Assembly (NCBI RefSeq): GCF_000743755.1
Contig: NW_014569542.1
Span: forward strand, 62,001 to 103,187
DNA length: 41,187 nucleotides
Origin: Blastocystis sp. subtype 4
Lineage: Eukaryota
Direction: 5' to 3'
Positions within the stretch are counted from its first letter, which is position 1, and every line of letters starts with the position of its first letter. A model generated the notes under the pieces. It worked only from the letters and a program-made list of their open reading frames with translations, was not told where the DNA came from and made no database searches. The position numbers and the translations under genes were made by a program. Shown here in pieces: positions 11,276-21,292 of this stretch.

Positions 11276-13238
11276 TCAAGAATCAAGAGAATACATCTCA
11301 GTACCACTTCCACATATGCGGGGTTTTAACCCTCTAGAATAGCATAACCCAAGTTCAGTTCGGAAGATCTGCCATAACTTGTCCATTTCAGGTTTTTCTG
11401 GAGTATTAATATGCCTCTTAAACTCGTTTGCAAATGAAGACCTACAGATTAAATACACATACGAAAGCTACTTTGCATGAACCATATCCACAGCAAAATC
11501 TTGAGAAAGAATGTAAAATGAAGATACTAGAAATCAAGAATCAATATAAGTTCAACAAAAACGACGCAATTGCTGTGTGTACTGGATCTTGTTGTAACCA
11601 TAATTAACAAAACGTTCATCAAAAAGAGGAAGATCTTTTGTATATTTGAGAACTAAGTACCTTCAAATCATAGAGAGAAGTAGAGTATACGGTTCCTGTA
11701 ACTGATGTGGGAAGCAATTCAAACGATAATAAAGTATATGTTCATCTCGCCTCATACGGAACCATTGTTGATTAACAAGTAACTAGCAAAGAAAGAATGA
11801 AAACAATGCATACATGAGCAAACCCTCCTTCCTTTGTAAGAATACACAAGTCATTATGAATACATTTCTCCAGTTGAGGGATAGTCTCAGGAGCCAGTTG
11901 ACGAGATCTGCTATTGAAAAAAAAATACGAAAAGTACTTCATAAAACAGCTGTGAAGACCACGACACTTACCAAGAACTTTTCGTTGTCTCAAAAACACA
12001 GGGGGAATTACGACTGTACTACGAGAATTGTTGAAGATGGTATCAGGAAGCTGCATCAAATGTTGATACAGAGTTGCTATAATGAATGGATTCATCTCGT
12101 ACCTACTTGTAGGCCACATATCAATGTCAAGAAACATGAAGTGAGATGTTTTGATCTGACGAATACACACATTACGGAGATAATTGACAGGGAAGTCATA
12201 GTAATAGTGATGGTTTGGTTTCGCAATATAAAGAACAAAGAGGACTTGCTCATCTACAGACATCCCTTCAATCACCTCTCTCACTGTAGCCTCTTGTTCA
12301 ACACGGGTCCATATGGCTATACACATCGGTCTATACATAAATCTCTAAGTAAACTATGACCCATTCCAACGTTTGGCTATAGAATCAATGAACTGTAATC
12401 GATTCTCTCTATTCATCAATCAATGTAAGTGAATAAACGTAGCTGTAGCAATCATCGTAATACCCTTATTCTCAGGATAGTACTTCCCTAATGTCAATTC
12501 AAGGATTCATTCCCACAATCCGTGCTACTATCAAATTCCACTTCTTGTGTTCCTTGATATGCTTTGCAGAAGTCAGGGGAACATACACCGCGATTAGACA
12601 TGTTTAGAATATGTTCTTTAGCCGTACTACGAAATGCACGTGGGTTATGGGATTCGAAAGCGGTGTAATTAGGACGATGAAGCATCGCCTCGAGATAATC
12701 TGAAGAAGGCTTCTCAGTATGTTTTCTTTTCTTAGAGTAGCCTACTGTTACCACAGATTTGACTCCTCGATGATTTGGTTTTCTTACTCGAGAGAAAGGC
12801 GTAGGACGAGTTCCTTCCGTATTCTTTGGATTGAGAATGGTTGGCAACACATCCTCAGAAGCTGGATTCACATAAATGGCACTTGTAGAAGCAGAAATAT
12901 CTGTATGACTCTTCAATGGAAGTGGAGCCGTGGGTTTCTTCGGTTCACGAATCACTTTCAGCTGCGGTAAAACAGTAACAGAAGAATCTCCCTCAACAAC
13001 CTTCCGATCATAAAGATGACTAAATCCGTCCACTGGATGTTCTCCAATATCTATAACCTTTTTTCCACTAACCAAATTAACAATAAACGGATGCTGAGTG
13101 ACACCTCTGATTGAATGTGCCATCCTAAGGATAAACTAAGCAACCAATATCCAACAGCTGAACATAGTGGAATGGAGAAACCAAACCATATAGAAAAAAG
13201 GAAAAGCCAACTAAGAAAACATACCACTGAAGAATCAT
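11276..13238 (-). CDS. GT49 (LARGE glucuronyltransferase/B4GAT1-like) type II membrane glycosyltransferase
   Basis: FPVNYLRNVCIRQIKTSHFMFLDIDMWP (DxD motif), EP-YLVLK..PLFDERFVNYGYNKIQ, DFAVDMVH. Hydrophobic N-terminal anchor (MILQWYVFLVGFSFFLYGLV) and a long stem. Start position is inferred. Confidence 0.8.
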
Positions 13239-13691
13239 CCTCTTTCTTCAACACTGTTCGAGCAACCTATGAAATCAAGGAGATAGGATGTTTGGAGCTC
13301 AACAGAGTATTCGGATTATTTGGTCAGGGTGGCGTAGTATTCGGTATCCCTAATTGGGTCTGTAAAAATGAGAGAATTCTTTGAATAATCGAAAGAAAAT
13401 TGATTTCATCAGCAATTATTGGGCTTCTGTATTTCAATGCATTATCTTCTTCCTTGTTTTCGATACTGGTTGTTTCTCTTGTAAAACCCGTTGATGGTCA
13501 CACATCAACTAGTGGTTAGAATAAACCGATTGAATAACAGACCCCCTGTTGTTTTTCCAAATTCCTCAAATTGAACGAAACACGCTGGAATAAACAACTT
13601 TGATAACAAAATGCAACATGAATAACCATGATTATTGCAGAGAATCTATGTATTTGATTGGTTGATTCTTCGACATTCATGATACTTAATA

Positions 13692-16600
13692 ATGAAGTGC
13701 TGCATCTTGTTTACTATCCTATTCGCTCTTACTATTTGCGAAAAGTCCCAAGTAGATTATGTCTACGGATTGATTGATCGTGTCACGAAATCAGTAGATA
13801 GTACAATGTATTATTGATATAAAGGACATCTCTAAGAAGTTCAATTTGGAGATTATACCATTCGAAGAAGATCAAAAGGATATCTTTCAGATTGATGCTA
13901 CAACCAAACGCGACAGTGTATCTCTGAAAGGAACTGATGGAATTATGTTAGCGCATGCCTTTCATATGTTTCAGATGTTAAATTAATTAAACGTAGGTAC
14001 CTCAAGTATTATTGCAATAATACCATGTCGTGGGGAGGGGAAACTGAGGGAGATAATATACGCATTCCAAACCCACTGCCTGTGGTCGAAAAGACTTGGA
14101 GACAGAAGGTATGAAAATGATGGATCTTTCAAGTAGATGCTCGATTCCTACCGCTACTATATGAATGTCTGTACATTTGGATATAGTTATGTCTGGTGGG
14201 GCTGGGAACGTTGGGAACGAGAGATTGATTGGATGGCCATGAATGCTATCAACATTCCTTTAGCATTTGTCGGGTATTATTATAAGGATTCCATCACTTT
14301 TAGTCAAGAATACGTATTTGGTGAAGTGTATGCAGATATGGGTCTGAGTGAAGAAGAAATACTTGATCACTTCACTGGAATTGCCTTCCTTGTTGTGATA
14401 TGAATGAATACTGATTCCTAGCCATGGAACCGAATGGGTAATATCCATGCTTGGGGAGGTCCTCTAACGAAGAAGGTACGATACAATGAGTTTTTGCTGA
14501 ACAAACAAGTTGAATTGTGATGATTGATTCATATCCAGATTGTGGAACGAGAACTTGCGCTTGGTATGAAACCAATTCTCCCTGCCTTCAGTGGATACGT
14601 TCCACAAGCCCTTATTGTAGGAGGAAAGATTTCTATTGATCATAGAAACACTATCCAAATATCACATATTCTGTGTCACCTCTTTGGGCAGGCTTCAACA
14701 GTAGCTACTCAAATATTATCTTGATCGAACCTTCAGATCCTATGTTTACAGAAATCTCAGTCCGATTTGTAAAGAAACAAATATATCCTCATTACTATTT
14801 GTTCGGTTTGTTAACAGAACTGAGCTCTACGGAACCGTCTCTCATTACTATAATGGAGATCTCTTTATGGAAATGCTGATATCCTATCAATCATTTTGTG
14901 TGAAGTGCCTTCATTGAACCCTAAGTCCTGGGAACCAGAGTACCTTGCCTCTTGTAGTCGAGGTCTCGTAGATGCATTGAAAGCTGGAGATCCGAAAGCA
15001 GTCTGGTTCATGGAAGGATGGACATTCCGATGGGAGACTTCTTGGACTTCCGATCGTATCAAAGCATTCTTAGATGGTGTGGATGTGAATGATATGGTGG
15101 TCTTTGATATGAACAGTGAATACGTTGTATTGTGGATTCTCTTTTATCTCTAGTTACCTCAATACAAGAAGATAGGAGCCTGTGGAAAGAGAGTTGATGT
15201 CTCATATACTACTCATCATTAGTTTATCTATGGTTTACTACCGAACTATGGTTCTCAACAGGGTCTTTATGGAAATCTATGGAAGTCAGTTGAGGGACCA
15301 GAAGAAGCACGAACTGAATTCCCAGATCTTATGATCGGAATTGGCACGTTTATGGAGGGAATCGATCAGAATTATGTAATCTATGATGCCTTCTATATAT
15401 CCTGAACTCTTCTGTTGATTGAAATCCTTAATAAGAACGAAATGGGATGGAGAAAGAATATGAACATAGATGAATGGATTCTTCGATTTTCGGACAGACG
15501 TTATGGCTTTAATAAGGATCTTCGTCTAGCTTGGCAAATGTTAGTAGATAGTGTATTCAGTCCCGCTCAAGGAGGTGGTAGTCATGTGGTTGCCTATGAA
15601 CCTAATTTGAATCAACGTGCTCAGGCAGACTATTTAGATGTGTTCTCAGAGTCAATGCGATTGTACTTGAAGGCAGCCAGAGAGATGGATATAACACCAG
15701 TATTCCGTCATGACTTTGTTGATCTAGCCCGAGAACTGGTGGCTGATCTATTTGCTGAAGTGAATTCCTTATTCCGTTCTTCTTTGGATCGTTGTGTGAT
15801 CACTGGAAAGAAGTACTTATTTGCAAAGGATCATGATGCTCCTGGAAATGATATCAAACGAGTTGGTGATTGTGGAATGGGTCATACCAACCCTTGTGAT
15901 AAGGATGTATTGATGAAAGCCTGCGATGAGACGGAAGGGTGTGTTGGCTTCAATATGAATGGATATCTCAAGAGAAATACGGATTCAATCGTTCCTTACG
16001 GTAGGTATGAGATATGAAGACAAATTGTAGAGGGATGTGATGTGTATTACAAGGAGTCATTCTTCAATAATGAGAAATGTTTGGATAGCGTACAGGCTCT
16101 AGTAGAGGAAATGCCTGTGATTATTAAGAATCTTGATAAGATGCTTGGAACTTCTGTAATCCTGATAGATTTGTGTCATCCATAGGATAGCTTCCTTCTT
16201 GGTGTATGGCTACGAGATGCTCGAAGAAAAGCAAAAGAAGTAGGAGGAGATGAGTCGAATTTCCTTTTCAATGCCAAGAATCAAATCACATTATGGGGTC
16301 CTCATGGAGAGATTAATGACTACAGTACTCGTCAATGGAATGGTGTGGTAGGTGACTATCATTTCCATCGTTGGACAGAGTATCTGAAGACTGTCGAAAC
16401 CTGTGTAAAGGAGAATCGCACATTGTCTTTGGGCGACTATCATGAGAGAATGATGAAATTTGGTTACCAGTGGGATAAGGAAGATGGCGCTATGTATCCA
16501 GAGAAGCCAGTTGGTGATTGTATTGTGGTCGGAAATCGTATCTATGAGAAGTACTTGAATCGTAAGCTAACCAATTACCAGGAAGTAGCTGAAGTATCAG

Positions 16601-16793
16601 TGAAGGAAGAAGATATCTACTTCTCTTCAATGTCTCGTAATCCAAGTAAGAATTGGGGATTTGTTTAACGTAGAACTTCTTGGTTACTTGTGTGACATCG
16701 ATCCTTGGTGTGCTGGATTCACCAGTGAAGGGCATCTTTTCCACCAGGCTTCACTTCATTTCAAGAGAGGCGTTCGTAGTTATGTGAAGCTCT
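13692..16793 (+). CDS. NAGLU: Alpha-N-acetylglucosaminidase (GH89), secreted/lysosomal
   Basis: Signal peptide [77 protein letters not shown] and MEGIDQN (the two catalytic Glu positions); [11 protein letters not shown]. End at 16793 assumes a poly(A)-made TAA; otherwise the frame runs to 16915. Confidence 0.95.
14783..14820 (+). other. U12-type AT-AC intron in NAGLU (38 nt)
   Basis: ATATCCTCAT...TTTGTTAAC-AGAAC; removal gives FVKKQI-ELYGT. Confidence 0.8.
14879..14919 (+). other. U12-type AT-AC intron in NAGLU (41 nt)
   Basis: ATATCCTATC...TGCCTTCAT-TGAAC; removal gives [16 protein letters not shown]. Confidence 0.85.
15397..15438 (+). other. U12-type AT-AC intron in NAGLU (42 nt)
   Basis: ATATCCTGAA...ATCCTTAAT-AAGAAC; removes an in-frame TGA and gives YDAFY-EMGWR. 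Confidence 0.88.
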
Positions 16794-16797
16794 CATC

Positions 16798-16812
16798 TGT
16801 TTCTAACAAACA
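16798..16812. terminator. Back-to-back polyadenylation elements, NAGLU (+) / SET (-)
   Basis: TGTTTCTA (+, 16798-16805) overlaps TGTTTGTT (-, 16812-16805) by one base. Confidence 0.7.
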
Positions 16813-16814
16813 TA

Positions 16815-18855
16815 TTATAATAAAAATGGATCTGCAGAATCAAGTCCCTTTGCATTCAGATATGTCAAGTACTCCATCATCTTCTTCTGGTTATCTGATG
16901 GCTCTGGAAGTATAAAAGGACCTGTGAAATCAGCCACTTGATCCAGAAGAGGGATCCAAATAGCTTGCAGATAATCGTAAATACAATGTTGTTGGTCGAG
17001 AAGTCCTAAGATGCGTTCTTTTTGTTCCTTGGGACTCTGTTTACATAAATCTTTCACAACTTCAAAGAGGAAGATATAATGTAAGAAAATCTGCTGTTCA
17101 CTGCGAAGCTAGTTATCATTTCTATTTCTCTTCTCTACCATCACAATCGCATTTCGTTCATTCGAAAACATAGCTAAATGATTATCACGTAACTCAGCCA
17201 CATTCTCCTGATAACTATGGGCATAGGCAGCCAATCGAACCCGTGAAATATCTGCCAAGGTCTTTAAGACAAAGTACTCATTGGAAACAGATAGACCACC
17301 ACGGAGAAGAGTAAATATATCTTTATTGGTAATGCCTTCCAGAGGAATATTGACGAGATTGAAATACTCTTCAGAGGTAGCTAACAAGACACGCAAGTGT
17401 GGTAAAGGAATTTCATCAGATCAGTGATAAGGATATGATTCCAGAAATTGTGGTTGTACCTGCATCATCATGACACATACTCAGAAAAGCATAACGAGAT
17501 CGACTATGATCATAGAACAAATCATCTCGCATGGTAACCAGATTATTGACAAATACAGGACTATGATCACAGATCCACTGACTACGTTCATGAAGGAAAC
17601 TACCAAAGGATCCATCTGTAAGGGCAGGATGTGTTGTTTCAGTTGGTTGGACTTCTGAATCTTCAACTACACTCAATACCAATCGATTGAAAAAGAATCC
17701 ACAGTCTTCATCAGGATCCAATTCATGATACTCTGAACTTGATCTTACACATTCCTTCCCTGTAGTTCGTCCATCCAATTCATCAAGATATCTAGGAAGA
17801 ATTGCAACAGCTACAGTATTTGGTGAACATTCATTCCCATCAAGATTATCATCTTCAACAAAACCATAACAGAAGAACAATCGACGATTATCCTTCCGAC
17901 CATATGAATCAAATACTTGATCTCCTTTATACAACTTTATTAGAGCTGTAATCACAAAAGCATCTTCTTCTGGTTTGTATTCCCATATTGTCTGTCGAGG
18001 ACGAACATGGTTCAACATATCAGCTAAAGGAACTAACAACCCATTGTTGTAACCATGATACTGACTCCCAAAATTACGACTAAGATTTCAATTCCTGTTA
18101 TTTCTCTTACCTGCCAATCAGGAGACGGAGATGAAGATAGTGATCAAATGGAAAACGAACGAACATACAGTCTACATCACACATTCGTTGATAGTCTGAA
18201 TAGATATCTGAAATACGATCTCGCATGATGGAGGGCTACATATCAGGAATGGTGAAAACAATACGAAGTAACATCCACGGAACCAATTGAGTTCTCGATT
18301 TGACCATAGGATTGGAATATTGGTAATGTCTTCTGGGAGCGTGTCATAGTAAGGCTTGAAGAAAGAGTCCTCCTTCTCCATGTCTTCCAGAAGGAAGTTG
18401 CAAAGATACAGGTGCTTGCATGCATCGAAACTTAGCTGTGCATTCTTCAGTCCCTCTGATAAAGGAATATTAATTCCCATATCACACGACATAAAGAATT
18501 TTGAAGGAATTGTCACTATTCGAGTTCCTCTTGGCACGGTATCCTTCATATACACTCCTCTCATCTAAACAATCAACCACTGCGATGAATATCACATTTT
18601 CACCCATCGAACACAATTCAACATGAGGGAACTGAGCTCCATTATCAACAAGCCATTTCTCGAAGTTCATGAACTTTATGTCATTTCGAATATCATTTGT
18701 AAAAGGAACCTGCTCCACAGAGCGGTTGATTTTGCTGTATATTTCCTAGATCCTGACATCTAAGCAGAACGTTCTACGTGTCCTGTTAACGTTTCCTCTC
18801 GGATTGTACCATCAGTAGCAATTCGATAAGATATTGAAATGTCAAAAAGACTCAT
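16815..18855 (-). CDS. SET-domain protein methyltransferase (SETD3/Rubisco-LSMT family)
   Basis: FEKWLVDNGA, RGVYM...IVTIP, SFFKPYYDTLP, SRNF, LVPLADMLNH, QVFDSYG..DNRRLFFCYGFV, and an LSMT-like C-terminal domain (SVSNEYFVL). Confidence 0.88.
17397..17436 (-). other. U12-type AT-AC intron in SET gene (40 nt)
   Basis: ATATCCTTAT...TTCCTTTAC-CACAC; joins TISGI to LRVLLA. Confidence 0.85.
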
Positions 18856-18957
18856 CAACAAAAATGAATATGGTTGAATTATGTTGGTAATCGGTGCTTT
18901 GGAATTAGCGTTCCTCACAATAGTGAAAAAGGAGTTATAAGTCTAGGAGACTAAGAA

Positions 18958-19907
18958 ATGTTTATTCTCTCAGATCCATATGATTTGGATCCATGTTTCA
19001 CTGTAGATAGTACAAAGGAAGGAATTCTGGAAGAAAGTGGCTTTTACAAACCAATAGAGAACCACGGGAACTGGTATTCTTTAGCGGATCCTTTTATCTA
19101 CCCAGTTTCTAGCTCGTGGATACAAGAACGGATGAGTAGTTTTGGGATTGTCGTTATTATGATAGGTGGTAATATCGAGATCAAGCAAGAAGAGATTTAC
19201 GAATCGACACTTGATGAGTCGGTAGTAGATACTCTTGTAGGAATTCATGCATATATGATTAACTGTAGATGAGAGATGCAAAAGTGATCTTTGGAAAGCT
19301 GCGAATCGTGGTATTTGGGAATGTAGCCAATCCAGAGATTCAAAAACACATTGATGACTGTCAGTATTGCCAAGGGATATGATTCTTAGGGGATGTTTGG
19401 GGTCCTCTGCTAATAGGAGTAGTGAATGCTTTGTATTGGATTGTATCTTCTTTGATCTTAAGTATCATTGCATTATTATCGAATTATCGTCCGGAATCAA
19501 ACTTTGGAGGATCTACACTGTTTTCTGTTGTAATTATTGTTCAGTGGGTTGGAGGTTTCCTTCTAGCTGTTCATTCCAAACTGATTGGGTTGAATATGTT
19601 TGTCTGATGGTTGGTTGAAATGTGTAGTTCCTTCCTCCAGATGATCTCTGCTCTGGGTTACTCGCTGGTTCCATCAACCATTTTTAACATCCTCTATGTG
19701 TACTTTTTCCGTCGTCTCTCGTTTTGCTGGGTGATTGCTCTCGCCTCATTAGCATGGTCTCTCAGGAGTTTGTCTGATAATGAAGGATGATCCATAGCAT
19801 TTAATGTGTTCATGTCTAAGTCAGTAGATAATCGACGTCGTATTATTGCTTTGGTACCCGCCGGACTCTACTTTTGTTTCTTCCTACTCGATGGACTAAG
19901 TACATAG
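18958..19907 (+). CDS. Yip1-family Golgi membrane protein (YIPF6/Yip4-like)
   Basis: STLDESVVDTL, WDVWGPL (across a 30-nt intron), FLQMISALGYSLVP, multiple TM segments; stop TAG 19905-19907. Confidence 0.85.
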
Positions 19908-19952
19908 GTATTGTTTTCTGTTTGTTTTAATCCCATTCCTAAGAAACAAAGT

Positions 19953-21222
19953 ACATCTCCCTTCGAAGTTTCTTTATTTCTTCAATTTGCACTTCCATTC
20001 GATCCACTTCATTCCACAACTGATTCTTTTCTTCTTGACTACACTGCTGTGTCGATACTTCGATTGCTTTCCTATACACCTGCTTTATGGACTCCACGAG
20101 TATCATTATTCGTTGTCTCTCATCACAGTCAGCACCATTTTCTGGGAATTCTTGCAAGAGTGCCTTCAGCTTCTCGATAGAGACAACTTTGTGTTGATAC
20201 AACAGGTCATGAACTGTTGCCCTCCAGTTATTTGTCACATCCAAGATATTCTTGATTTCTTCGATTTTGGCAAAGATACGACTCGAAGGATTTCCATATT
20301 TCGAGATAAGCCTTTGTGCTTCTTCTAAACGTTGTATATACTCTTCATAGGATCCATCATCATTGTGAATTTGTGCGACTCTCTTCTTCCACTCGCTCCA
20401 CAATCTATTTCTCATATTCTCCTTCTATACTCACTTTTGCGTCTTTGTAACAAGTTCAAAGGATGCTTCTTCGTGATCCTACAATGCTATGGTTCTCATA
20501 CTCTTACAATATGATAGTGAACGGATGATTTGCCATTTCCAGTATGTCTTCTCTCAGTCTCCATCATTGTCAATTCACATCCATAGCCCAACTGACTATC
20601 TACATACAATCGTGCTCTCTCAATGCTCCCATTACATCTACCATCATAATAAATTACAAGATACATTCGTACTGGAATAATAGGTTCCAAGCAATTTCCT
20701 CGCTTTCCTACCAATGAGTATGGATGCGATCTGTTACATTTTCATTTGCCATAAAGCGATTTCCACCACCAAGAGCAGTCGTCACATACTGAATATATTC
20801 ATCAATCTTGCTTGAGTCGTTTTCATCACACCTACCTCTTCCTCTGACCTTGTAACTACTGATTCTGGAGTAAACACACAACGGTTATTCATCTGAACAA
20901 CATCTTCATTGATGCATCCACCTGAGATCCCCTCTTTGGCACAATGCAAGTATTCTATTGCTCTGTCTTCGTCATATTCCGGTACTTGCGCTTGATATCT
21001 TCTCTTCAGATCCTACCAAAACCCTTACTTTGTTGCGCTGACACGACTTTCATGAGGTTCGTACCAAATCTTCTCTCTTGAACTTACATAACCTATAATA
21101 ATAATTCATACTCAACACTACCAGCATATCGTGAGTAATCTACTGTTGATGCGGGTTTCTCCTTCTATACACTAATGATTGTTTGCAAACAACTATACAG
21201 CTTCGCTAGAATCTATTTCCAT
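19953..21222 (-). CDS. ELM2-domain chromatin protein with PLU-1-like helical C-terminus
   Basis: YQAQVPEY...VFTP...IDEYIQ...EEIAWNLLFQYE-DVMGAL follows the ELM2 pattern; WRATVHDLLYQHKVVSIEKLKALLQE resembles the PLU-1 repeat. End 19953 assumes a poly(A)-made stop; the genomic TAG is at 19939-19941. Confidence 0.6.
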
Positions 21223-21277
21223 CCAAATCAATGTCGTTCCTTGACTGATCAAGGATTGTATAGAATTGTCGAATGTT

Positions 21278-21285
21278 AACAAACA
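21278..21285 (-). terminator. TGTTTGTT element (PLK gene)
   Basis: Exact motif 8 nt after the stop. Confidence 0.75.
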
Positions 21286-21292
21286 AATGAAA

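Noticed and set aside
13322..13432. tRNA A-box-like GGTGGCGTAGT and U11-like GGGCTTCTGT
   Set aside because: No T-loop GTTCRA or cloverleaf, and no U11 5' AAAAAG or Sm-site architecture; likely chance matches.
13260..13680. Possible small minus-strand gene between GT49 and NAGLU
   Set aside because: Intron-like segments are present but no consistent, recognisable spliced ORF could be built.
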